A stretch of DNA of 64,000 nucleotides from positions 14,071 to 78,070 of the forward strand of contig JAHYJN010000002.1 of assembly GCA_019428905.1 (NCBI GenBank), written 5' to 3'. The notes beneath the pieces were generated by a model. The model was given only the letters and a program-made list of their open reading frames with translations, was not told the DNA's origin and did no database searches. Shown piece by piece: positions 36,882 to 46,000 of the stretch. The translations under genes and the position numbers were made by a program. Positions within the stretch are counted from its first letter, which is position 1. Each line of letters starts with the position of its first letter. This stretch comes from Candidatus Brevefilum sp. GTDB lineage: Bacteria > Chloroflexota > Anaerolineae > Anaerolineales > Anaerolineaceae.

Positions 36882-38459
36882 ATGGTTTTTGCTGAATTTG
36901 AATTAAGTCAATCTTACTGGCAATCTTTAGAAATTACCCAAAAAGATATCGAGTTTCTTTATGCCTATTTATTGGAAAAAGAAACACCTCTACCTTCATC
37001 CAAGTTGGCTGAAGCTCTGATTAGTGAGCGCATCCGTTCGGAAAAAGAGTCGTTAGCAAAAAAGCAGCAGGAAAATGGTGAGATCTACCAACCCAAAATG
37101 GTTTACCCGGTAGGTGAAAAGATTCAATTCCCCGCGATGAACTGGATTAATGGGGCTGTTAGTGACATCCGTGATGGGAACAATCCTGAGTATCCGGGTT
37201 TTAAGGTGCTGACTGTTGCCTTCGAAAACGGCAAGACCCGCCAATTTGCTGCGGATTTAGAAGACCATATCCTGAACACAACCACGGTCGTACCTGAGGG
37301 TGATGACCTGGATGATGAGCAGGGGATCGTGGATCAATTTGGTGGTCAGATCACACACAAACTCGAAGCGAAGCTTGATGAAAACAAAGATCTTGTTCGC
37401 ATTGGTGCAGATTGGTTTGCCAAATCGTTGCTGATTGAATTTAACATTGGCCATTTGAATTTAGCCGAAGCCGTTCTGGATATGCATGCTGGCGGTCCCT
37501 TACCGGTCAGCGCTTTACTGGAGCAAATTGATGTAAAGACCGACGATCCTCAAAAACTGGTTGAATTCTCTTTGAATTATGCCCTCAAAGAAGATCCTAG
37601 GTTTGACGAGGTCGGTCCAAGCGGTGAAGTTCTCTGGTTTCTCAACCGGTTAGAGCCTCAATTTGTCAGGGAAAAGCCCCTTGAATTGACGTTCACGCCG
37701 ATTGATTATGACCGGTCAGTCCTATCCGAAGATATGATCAATGCTGAACAAGGCATCGACGACGAGTTGGTGGAATATATCCCTTCTGGTAAAAAGAAGG
37801 ATTCTGCCAAAGAGGTGGCTGTGGTTTTAAACTATCCTCATTGGCGGATCGGCAGCATCCCCCTTACGCACAGCATCCGCCCGTTTTTCCCAACCGCTAT
37901 CGAGACGCCCCGTGTGAAATTCAAGCTGATCGATGCCAAAGGCCAGGAGGTTTCCGCCTGGGTTGTGCGTCCCAACAGCTATATCTATGGGTTGAGAGAC
38001 TGGTATGAAGAGATGGAACTCATGCCGGGCAGCATCATCAAGATCAAACCAGGTAAAGAACCTGGCGAGGTGCTGATCCAGCCCGAGAAGAAACGTTCCA
38101 GCCGTGAATGGATCCGCACACTGCTGATCGGGGCTGATGGCGGGATTGTATTTGCCATGTTGAAACAAACCATTACCGCAAACTTCAGCGAACGGATGGC
38201 GATAGCTGTCCCATCAACAGAAGTGCTGGACGAGTTATGGAAAAAGCGGGCTGCGAACCCCAGACCACTCAAGGACGTTACGATCAGCATCATGCGTGAA
38301 TTAGCAAAATTGAACCCCCAGGGTCATGTTCACAGCATTGAGTTGTATGCAGGGCTAAATTGTATCCGCCGATGCCCGCCTGGTGTCTTATTCAGTATGC
38401 TGGCATCGAATCCAGCGTTCACTGCCGTTGGCGACCTCTATTACCGGCTGAGCGACTAA
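36882..38459 (+). CDS. Hypothetical protein (525 aa) with putative winged-helix-like and beta-barrel DNA-binding-like segments
   Basis: Long ORF with an RBS-like GAGG. Segments DPRFDEVGPSGEVLWFL and NPAFTAVGDLYYRL resemble HARE-HTH/wHTH endings. IPLTHSIRPFFP..VKFKLIDAKGQEVSAWVV..WYEEMELMPGSIIKIKPG resembles a B3/AbrB-type pseudobarrel. Confidence 0.5.
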   Translation: MVFAEFELSQSYWQSLEITQKDIEFLYAYLLEKETPLPSSKLAEALISERIRSEKESLAKKQQENGEIYQPKMVYPVGEKIQFPAMNWINGAVSDIRDGNNPEYPGFKVLTVAFENGKTRQFAADLEDHILNTTTVVPEGDDLDDEQGIVDQFGGQITHKLEAKLDENKDLVRIGADWFAKSLLIEFNIGHLNLAEAVLDMHAGGPLPVSALLEQIDVKTDDPQKLVEFSLNYALKEDPRFDEVGPSGEVLWFLNRLEPQFVREKPLELTFTPIDYDRSVLSEDMINAEQGIDDELVEYIPSGKKKDSAKEVAVVLNYPHWRIGSIPLTHSIRPFFPTAIETPRVKFKLIDAKGQEVSAWVVRPNSYIYGLRDWYEEMELMPGSIIKIKPGKEPGEVLIQPEKKRSSREWIRTLLIGADGGIVFAMLKQTITANFSERMAIAVPSTEVLDELWKKRAANPRPLKDVTISIMRELAKLNPQGHVHSIELYAGLNCIRRCPPGVLFSMLASNPAFTAVGDLYYRLSD

Positions 38460-38480
38460 ACATATATATTGAGGTAGAGA

Positions 38481-38912
38481 ATGGAAGCAAAACGCAGTTT
38501 GATCAAACCCAAACTGACATCACCCTTTCAAATTGATTTTGAATGGTGGAAAAGGAACGACCGCGATTGGCGGGTGTACCTGCGCAGTTTTCTGTGCGAA
38601 GACCACCAACGTATGTTTGAAGACCTGGACAATGACGAGATTATCGATTGGATCGACCCCAAAACAGCCGAGGTCAAGCAGGTCGACGGTTTGCAGCATG
38701 TGCTCATCTCACACTGTGCAAAACAGGAAGATTTTCTCAATAGGAACATGGCATTAGTCGATTCAGTCTTTCGGGTGTTCTTATCCAACGGTAACAAGCC
38801 CCTCACCCCCCAGGAATTAGCCGAATTATTGAACCGCCCTGCTGACACCATTCTCAGGACCTTTTCAGGCCTCAGGGTCTACAAAGGCATCCGGCCTGCC
38901 TCTGACTCTTGA
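38481..38912 (+). CDS. Hypothetical protein (143 aa), probably co-transcribed with 36882-38459
   Basis: Starts 21 nt after the upstream stop, with GAGGTAGAGA as RBS. I recognise no family. Confidence 0.45.
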   Translation: MEAKRSLIKPKLTSPFQIDFEWWKRNDRDWRVYLRSFLCEDHQRMFEDLDNDEIIDWIDPKTAEVKQVDGLQHVLISHCAKQEDFLNRNMALVDSVFRVFLSNGNKPLTPQELAELLNRPADTILRTFSGLRVYKGIRPASDS

Positions 38913-38941
38913 AAGTGATATAATTTAAGTTGAAAAACAAT

Positions 38942-39015
38942 GCCCCTGTAGCTCAAATGGACAGAGCACTGGACTTCTAATCCAACGGTTACAGGTTCGA
39001 ATCCTGTCAGGGGTG
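38942..39015 (+). tRNA. tRNA-Arg (anticodon TCT)
   Basis: Manual fold: acceptor GCCCCTG/CAGGGGT (G-T at 1:72), D-arm GCTC/GAGC, anticodon loop CTTCTAA, T-arm ACAGG-TTCGAAT-CCTGT. Confidence 0.85.
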
Positions 39016-39043
39016 CTCTAAAAATGATTTACAGGTAAGGATT

Positions 39044-39081
39044 AAGGGACGATCGGCAAAATTTCAGATTTGTCCCTTTTT
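39044..39081 (+). terminator. Possible intrinsic terminator after tRNA-Arg
   Basis: AAGGGAC-(21 nt loop)-GTCCCTT followed by TTTTT. The loop is large. Confidence 0.45.
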
Positions 39082-39163
39082 GAATTAACTAGATGGACTC
39101 CAAATACGAACTTAAAATTATCTGGCGTTTCAATGATTAGGTATGTTTCGCTCTTCACTCACG

Positions 39164-39976
39164 CTACCAACCAAACGCGACGCAGCGCACACCCAAGATC
39201 CGGTCATCAAATAACACCTGGCCTGGCCCCCCTGCCATGCCTGCACACACATGCAATGGCAGCAAGTGCTCCTCACGCGGGTGGCAATAACGTGCATACG
39301 GGGCAGATTCCCAGGCGGATAACCGACGTTCGCGCTCAGATGATGGTAAATCAGCCGTGATGGTTTCAACCAGCCAATCTTGAAAAGCTTCATTGCGGGG
39401 AGAAATCATGCCAGGATCATGGTGAAAAAAGGCGGACATGTTATGGAATGAGAACCCGGATCCGATCACAAGCAGGTTATCAATCCCAATCTGCTGCAAG
39501 GTTTTTCCAAGCTCAATGTGGCGGACTGGAGAAAGGCCGTCAATCAACGAGAGTTGGATGGCGGGAATCTCGGCGTGTGGATACATCAATGCCAATGGGA
39601 TGAACAATCCGTGGTCAAAACCTCGCTCAGGATCGACTCGGGACCCCATGCCAGCTTGCTGCAGCAGTGAAACAATCTGGTTAGCCAGTTCCGGATGTCC
39701 TGGGGCAGGATAGTTGATCTCATAAGCAGCAGGTGGAAAACCGTAATAATCATAGAACATGGGTGGTTTGGCGGAACCTAAAAGGGTCGCCTGGGGCTGC
39801 TCCCAATGCGCAGAGATGACCAGGATGGCTTCAGGTTCGGGTAATAGAGCTGGCAGGTGTGTCATAAAATCAATCATCGCCTGGTGGCTGGGGTCACCCA
39901 AGATCGGAAGTGGACCGCCGCCGTGAGAGAAATAAATGATATTGGTATGTTTTTTCGTCATAGTATTCGAAATCAT
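39164..39976 (-). CDS. Class III extradiol dioxygenase (4,5-DOPA dioxygenase / YgiD-like)
   Basis: IIYFSHGGGPLP, ISAHWE and GSGFSFHN motifs of the LigB/YgiD family. Confidence 0.75.
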   Translation of the reverse strand: MISNTMTKKHTNIIYFSHGGGPLPILGDPSHQAMIDFMTHLPALLPEPEAILVISAHWEQPQATLLGSAKPPMFYDYYGFPPAAYEINYPAPGHPELANQIVSLLQQAGMGSRVDPERGFDHGLFIPLALMYPHAEIPAIQLSLIDGLSPVRHIELGKTLQQIGIDNLLVIGSGFSFHNMSAFFHHDPGMISPRNEAFQDWLVETITADLPSSERERRLSAWESAPYARYCHPREEHLLPLHVCAGMAGGPGQVLFDDRILGVRCVAFGW

Positions 39977-40096
39977 AACACAACCCTGGGTCCTTTACGC
40001 ATAGAAAGGACAAAATCAACCAGATGTAATTATTGGAACTTTTATTTGTTAGGTATAATTTATCTATCACAAAATATGAGAGAAAGGTAATCCTGA

Positions 40097-40461
40097 TGAA
40101 GTTAATTTTACGCTGGTTGATTATCGCAGTTTCACTATTTGTAGCAGCCTGGATCATCCCCGGCATTATGGTCGAGGGAGACGCCTGGGTGGCTTATTCT
40201 TTGATGGCGATCATCCTGGGTTTGGTCAACGCCCTTGTTCGCCCAATATTGAAATTCTTATCCTGCGGCTTTATCTTGATCACTTTAGGCCTGTTTGTGT
40301 TCGTGATCAATGCAGGTACGTTCTTGTTATCGGCACAAATTGCCCAGAATTGGTTTGGGGTCGGCTATTACGTGGACGGTTTTGGTGCTGCCCTGCTAGG
40401 ATCAATTGTTGTCAGCATTGTGACCGTGATCCTGTCCAAGATCCTAATTAACGAGGAATAA
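40097..40461 (+). CDS. Phage-holin-family-4-like small membrane protein (PF04020-like)
   Basis: MKLILRWLIIAVSLFVAAWIIPGI... with 4 predicted TM segments. The ATG at 40097 is preferred over the upstream alternative. Confidence 0.55.
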
Positions 40462-40523
40462 AGCGCATAAATTGCAATTGTAAACCAGAAATAATCGACC
40501 TCCTGCTCAAATCGCTATAAAAC

Positions 40524-40556
40524 AAAAAAAGGAAACCGAACCTCGTTTCCTTTTTT
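40524..40556 (+). terminator. Intrinsic terminator
   Basis: AGGAAAC-(loop)-GTTTCCT followed by TTTTTT, with an A7 run upstream. Confidence 0.75.
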
Positions 40557-40558
40557 GC

Positions 40559-40587
40559 TTGCAATCCTTATCAATTGCGAGTATACT
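40559..40587 (+). promoter_or_regulatory. Sigma70-type promoter of the rpsF operon
   Basis: TTGCAA-17 nt-TATACT, about 120 nt upstream of the rpsF ATG. Confidence 0.55.
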
Positions 40588-40709
40588 TTCTCGCTGTGTT
40601 GGTCAATAGACCAATAACGAAATTTAAACCAAATAATCTACGGGTTCCTTCCGTTGCACAGCCATCCAAGATGGTCAAGGGCAGCAGACCCAAGGAAAGG
40701 AGATTCCAA

Positions 40710-40997
40710 ATGCGACAATATGAATTAATATTGATCATTCAGCCTGACCTGGATGAGGAAGCCACCAAAGGTGTCATTGATCGTGTCCAAAGCATGATCA
40801 CCGCCAACAGTGGACAAATCCTGAAAACAGATCTGTGGGGCTCAAAGCAGCTAGCTTATGAGATCCAAGATTTTCGGGATGGATATTATGTGTATATGGA
40901 GGTCGAGATCGACCCTGAATTTTGCTCAGAATTCACACAAAACCTCCGCTATGTTGAACCGGTTATCCGGTACATGCTCACCAGAACTGATGAGTAA
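40710..40997 (+). CDS. rpsF: 30S ribosomal protein S6
   Basis: MRQYELILIIQPDLDEE canonical N-terminus with RBS AAGGAAAGGAG. The track ORF start at 40575 is an upstream extension. Confidence 0.92.
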   Translation: MRQYELILIIQPDLDEEATKGVIDRVQSMITANSGQILKTDLWGSKQLAYEIQDFRDGYYVYMEVEIDPEFCSEFTQNLRYVEPVIRYMLTRTDE

Positions 40998-41029
40998 GCC
41001 ATCATCTTCACTGCAAGTGAGCTGATGTG

Positions 41030-41267
41030 ATGTGTTGCGGATTGAATACGGTCATGGTCAACGATCTTTTGGGCAAAGTGCTAGAAATGTGCATCACGCC
41101 TACTGGTGCCTCTATTACCAATCTTGCAATTACAGACCTGGCAGCAAAAAGAAGGCCATAATCAGCGTTCACTCGAAAGTGTGACGCGTGCCCTTCTCTT
41201 GCCGAACAAACGACAAGAACATGACCAACTGGATGATCAAGAAGAGATGGAAGACGAGCCCTTCTGA
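41030..41267 (+). pseudogene. ssb: Decayed single-stranded DNA-binding protein gene (ssb relic): N-terminal OB-fold fragment, a frameshift, an internal deletion, and a retained acidic C-terminal tip
   Basis: Frame A (41030-41161) reads MCCGLNTVMVNDLLGKVLEMCITPTGASITNLAITD.., matching the SSB N-terminus [34 protein letters not shown]. Frame B (to the TGA at 41265-67) reads ..TWQQKEGHNQRSLE...DQLDDQEEMEDEPF*, matching SSB W.DKEG..QE.TE and the D-rich ..PF tip. It occupies the canonical rpsF-ssb-rpsR slot but spans only about 240 nt. Confidence 0.6.
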
Positions 41268-41294
41268 TTTATAGAAACAAACAGGAGTAAAAAA

Positions 41295-41531
41295 ATGTCA
41301 AATTACCAAGGAAATCGCTACTATACGCGAACAAAGCTGTGCCAATTTTGCGCCAGCAAAGATATTGAAATCGACTACAAAAATGTCGACCTGCTCAAAC
41401 GATATATTGATGAAACTGGGAAAATCAGGCCGCGCCGACAAACGGGAACTTGCGCTAAACACCAACGGGTTTTAGCTAAAGCCATTAAAAATGCCAGGCA
41501 CATTGCACTGCTGCCTTTTGTCAGTAGATAG
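41295..41531 (+). CDS. rpsR: 30S ribosomal protein S18
   Basis: [43 protein letters not shown] is S18-typical. Confidence 0.92.
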   Translation: MSNYQGNRYYTRTKLCQFCASKDIEIDYKNVDLLKRYIDETGKIRPRRQTGTCAKHQRVLAKAIKNARHIALLPFVSR

Positions 41532-41573
41532 ACCATACCATTGAACAATCGTAAATGAGGCAGGCCGATTAAT

Positions 41574-42998
41574 ATGGCAAACAAAAAACAACCAATTAAA
41601 AAGACAACCACTAAGAAACATATGGCGCGTGAACATCGCGAAGCAAGACAGACACGCATCATTGTGATCGTTTCCATCGTGGTTGGAACCATCATTTTAG
41701 GTTTAGTTGCTTATGGTGTGATCGATCAAACCGTCATCCGGCCGCGGATCGCCGTTGCTACGGTTGGTAATGAAACGATCAGGGTCCGTGAGTTTGATTC
41801 CTATGTACAATACTCTCGGGCTCAATTGCTGAACCAATCCTTTCAGTATTACACCTTCTACCAGCAATTTGGTGAATTTGGCGGTAACTTTTTGCAAACC
41901 GCCCAAAGTCTGGCAACACAATTAACGCAACCCATTTCTTTTGGGCGTGATATCCTCGATGAGATGATTGACAACCTCATCATTCGAGAAGAAGCTGCCA
42001 AGCGTGGGATTTCAGTCAGCCAAGCCGAGATAGATGAAGCTGTCCAAACTGCCTTTGGTTTCTTCCCCAATGGGACACCGACGCCAACGGTAACAGGGAC
42101 GATCCAACCGACACCAACCTATTCTGAGACACAACTGGCAATCATCACCTTAACCAGCACACCCACGGCCACCGTTGAAGAATCTGAAGAATCTGCAGAT
42201 GCGGAACCACCACTAACAGACGAAATTGAAGACGCTGGTACGGACGAGGAAACAATTGTCACTGATGATGCTGTTGCCGAACCAGAAGTCGACATTGCAG
42301 AAGAGCAAGGCACGGCTGAGGAAGAAGTAGAATTTACTCCTACGCCTGAAGTGACTCCAACAATCACCCTCACACCTACCCCTTACACCACGGCACTCTT
42401 CGCACAGAACATTAAAGACTTCAACACGAATTATGCGGCATTCAATTTTGACATCAAACAGTTACGTGAAATCTTCGAAATCCAATTGCTGCGTGAGAAA
42501 CTGATTGATGAGCTCACTCAGGACCTACCCCGTAGCAAGAATGAAGTTTGGGCAAGGCATATTCTTGTTGAAACTAACGAAGAGGCTCTTGAAGTCCTCT
42601 TACTACTGGAAGAGGGTGAAGATTTTCACACCTTGGCTGCGACTTACTCAATCGATGAGTCGAACCGTGAACAAGGTGGCAACCTAGGTTGGTTTGATGA
42701 AAATATGATGGTCCCAGAATTTAGTGAAGCTGCTTTTTCACTTGCAGAGGGAGAGGTCAGTGAACCCATCCAAACCAGCTTTGGCTTTCACATTATCCAG
42801 GTCATCGGAAAACGCGTCAGCCAGGTTCTCCCGGCTGAGTTTGCCCAACGCCAACAAACGGCGTTTGCTGAGTGGCTCGCAGAGCAGCGTAATACCCGAG
42901 ATGACATTGAAATCAACCCTAATTGGGATCGATATGTCCCCAACACACCTGAAGTGCCCCAACAATACTTGGCAGAACTTTACCAGTTAGGTCAGTAG
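41574..42998 (+). CDS. Membrane-anchored parvulin-type peptidyl-prolyl isomerase (PpiC/SurA-like) with an acidic, Thr/Pro-rich linker
   Basis: N-terminal TM segment, SurA-N-like region, and rotamase domain HILV...GGNLGWF....F..AAF.L..GE.S.PI.T.FGFHII. Confidence 0.75.
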   Translation: MANKKQPIKKTTTKKHMAREHREARQTRIIVIVSIVVGTIILGLVAYGVIDQTVIRPRIAVATVGNETIRVREFDSYVQYSRAQLLNQSFQYYTFYQQFGEFGGNFLQTAQSLATQLTQPISFGRDILDEMIDNLIIREEAAKRGISVSQAEIDEAVQTAFGFFPNGTPTPTVTGTIQPTPTYSETQLAIITLTSTPTATVEESEESADAEPPLTDEIEDAGTDEETIVTDDAVAEPEVDIAEEQGTAEEEVEFTPTPEVTPTITLTPTPYTTALFAQNIKDFNTNYAAFNFDIKQLREIFEIQLLREKLIDELTQDLPRSKNEVWARHILVETNEEALEVLLLLEEGEDFHTLAATYSIDESNREQGGNLGWFDENMMVPEFSEAAFSLAEGEVSEPIQTSFGFHIIQVIGKRVSQVLPAEFAQRQQTAFAEWLAEQRNTRDDIEINPNWDRYVPNTPEVPQQYLAELYQLGQ

Positions 42999-43037
42999 TC
43001 AACACTTTGAGGATGATTTTCATTCTCTGTCAAAACG

Positions 43038-43071
43038 AAAAAGAGGCGTGAATTACAGCGCCTCTTTTTTT
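43038..43071. terminator. Bidirectional intrinsic terminator (ppiC-like / smc convergent)
   Basis: AGAGGCG-(9 nt)-CGCCTCT flanked by an A-run and a T7 run. Confidence 0.8.
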
Positions 43072-43099
43072 GTTGCTATCAAACAGCCCGTCGATTTAA

Positions 43100-46000
43100 T
43101 TAGGCGAAATATGCGTCCCCAACATCTTCCAACTTAAGACTGATCATCTGACTGGTTGAATCCCGCCCCATTGTCACGCCATAGATTACATCTGCAGCCT
43201 GAACCGTGTTGCGGTTGTGCGTGATAATCACTACCTGGATATTTTTCGCTAGCTCACGCAGCACATCGACAAAGCGGCCAACATTCGATTCGTCCAGCAT
43301 CGCATCAACTTCATCCAGGATACAAAATGGCGGCGGGGCCACTTTCAACAATGCAAAGATCAACGCCACGGCGGTTAAGCTGCGTTCTCCACCAGAAAGC
43401 AGTGCCAGACCTTGTTGCCGTCTACCTGGCAGCCGCGCTTCAATATCAACCCCACCTTCAACTGGGTTTTCTTCTTCGGAAAAGACTAGTTTTGCTTCTC
43501 CCCCGTTGAATAATCGTGAAAAGTAGATTGAAAATTCCTGGTTTACAGACTTAAAGGTCTTGAGAAAGTCGGTCTCCATCATTTCATCGAGGGTGTTAAT
43601 CACCTCTTGCAGGTCTTTGCTGGCTTTTTCGAGATCCGCAACTTGATGGGTAAGAAATTCAAAGCGTTCTTTGACCTCGATATATTCCTCCTGAGCCTCA
43701 GGGTTGATCGCACCGATCCGACGCAATTGGTTTTTCAAGCGTTTAATCTCATCCTCGTGCCGTTCTGGCTTTTCTGCAACCCGTGGCAGGTCTTCTATCA
43801 AATCGTCATTGAATGGGAGTGGTGTTGGCCCCCCATATTTTTGCCCTTCGGCAAAGGAAACCAGGCCAAAATCATCCTCGATACGCTCACGTAAATGGTC
43901 GAGTTGATCCTGTCGGCGGCTCAATTCGAGGTCTAGCTGAGTGTACTGCCGTTCTGCAATGATCACCTGTTGTTGAGAATGCGCCTCCAATTTTTGCATG
44001 GCAGTTACTGATTTTTCGACCTCTTCACTGGCAGCAGAAATAGGTTCGATTTGATCCTTTTCGATGGCCGTAATCCATTCTTGGATCTCGTTCATGCTGG
44101 TTTTTAAAGCCGCTTTCTTCTCTTCAATCTCAATCAGATTCTTTTCAATTTCATCAAACCTTGTTTGAAAAGTCATCAACCTTTTTTGGGCCGCATTGGC
44201 TCGATCCGACGTATCCTGGTATCGTTGTTGTGCTGTGAACAGGGCATTTTTTGCGATAAGGTGGTGGGCTTGCCAGTGATTCAATTCTTGTTGAACTTCG
44301 AATAGCGGAAGATCGTTTACAACAGCAGTGATCCGCTGCTCCTCCATCATGGCTGTTTGGATTTGGTTGTTGATTTCAACCAATTCAGCCTGTGTCAATT
44401 CCATCTTTGATTGTGATTGATGGATATTTTCATCAAGTGCGTCTAAGCGATCCGTGTGCCAAACCAACTGCTCACCAATTCGTGCTTGGACATCCGCCTC
44501 AACTTGTCTCTTTCGGATAATCGCACTTTTTTCTTCTTCGAGCGTATCCAGAAGGTGCTCCGCATTTTGCAGCTCGGCTTGCAGAGAGTCAATTAAAGAC
44601 GTGAGTTTTGTCTTCTCAGCGGATAACTGCGTTACTTCCTTTTCACACATCTCAAGGTCAGCCTGCAATTCACTCTGTTGGCGTGTGCGCCCTAGGCGCT
44701 TCCCAGAGGGGCTTTGGCCTGAAATCAAGACCCCATTACTGTGAAAAACAAGCCCGGAAAGTGTCACAACCCTCTGTGCATCGCTGAGGTTGTTGATTAA
44801 TTTCTGCGCAGTTGTAGCATCTCTGACCACCACAATATCCGAAAACAAGCGATCGATTAGGTCTTGGTAGGGTTTGTCAACGGTGATTAACTCGTTGGCG
44901 TATCCATAAACCCCCTCCGACCGCTGGATTGGCTGATGACCGACATTGTTTGATTGAGACTCAAAAGCCACCAACGCAACGCGCTCATTACCTTTTGTTT
45001 CCAAATACTCGATTAATACGCTTTTACTATGCGAAGGCATCACCAATAAGTCGGTTAACTCACCCAATGCTGCACTGATTGCGCGCTCAAAACGTTCTTC
45101 GATCACAATGTGCTGCGATAGCGGTTCAATGCCCTGCGGTAAACGCCCTTTTCTGGATATTTCTACCAGTGTCTTTGACCCCTCCGAATACCCACTTAAT
45201 GCGGATTCTGCTTCCTGTAACAGTGACAACTGTGTCCGTAATTTCGTCAGTTGTGTTTCGTGTTGATTCAGCTGGCTGTCAATGCGATTGAAAGCATCTC
45301 TCACTTCAGTGTATTGTTCTGCTTTGGCTTTGTTTTGCTTGTGTTGTTCGTTGTATCGGGTCAGGACATCTTGGTAGGATTTTTCTAAATCTACTAATTT
45401 TCCTTCAGCCTGAGCAGCCTTTCCGCTTAGCGAATCCATTGATTGAAGGATTTTTTTGCGTTCTTCATTCAGGGTATTGATCCGGTTCCTGAGCTCTTCC
45501 AATCGGGCGCTAGATTGAACCTTTTTGGTCTCCAATTTGATGCGTGCAGTCCTGGCTGAGCTTAATTCGCTTTCAACCTGTTCTTTTTGCTGTGAAATTT
45601 CCTTCAGTCTTTGCTCAACACCTTCAGCTTCTACTGCAGCTGCCCTGAAATCCGCATCCCGTTGGTTTACATCGTCTTCCAAAGCTGCTTGCTGAGATTC
45701 CAGTCCTTTGATTTCCTCTTCCAGGTTAGCAATATCGATCTGCAGATTGTCCTTTTGTTGCGTATAAGACCGTTGCCGTTCATCAATGATTGCTAATTCA
45801 CGTGTCGTTTGTTCCAACTTGTGATGATATTCAGATAGCTCACCGTGATTTAGCTCCAGTTCTTTGCGGTATGCACCCAGCTTTTCACGTGTTTCTTCAA
45901 CTTTACTTTGCGCTTCCAGGTGCTTTTTTCTGAGGGAATGCAGGCGTAATTCCTGGTCCTGGTAAGCATTGCGTACATTTCGCAGATCTTGCTGCTTCTG

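Noticed and set aside
38942-39163. tRNA-Arg as the border of an integrated genomic island.
   Set aside because: There is no integrase or recombinase and I noticed no direct repeat of the tRNA 3' end. The flanking genes on both sides look chromosomal.
40097-40461. A holin-family gene as evidence of a prophage or lysis cassette.
   Set aside because: No endolysin, spanin, capsid, tail or integrase genes are nearby. This small 4-TM family is widespread in non-phage contexts, and the gene is flanked by housekeeping genes.
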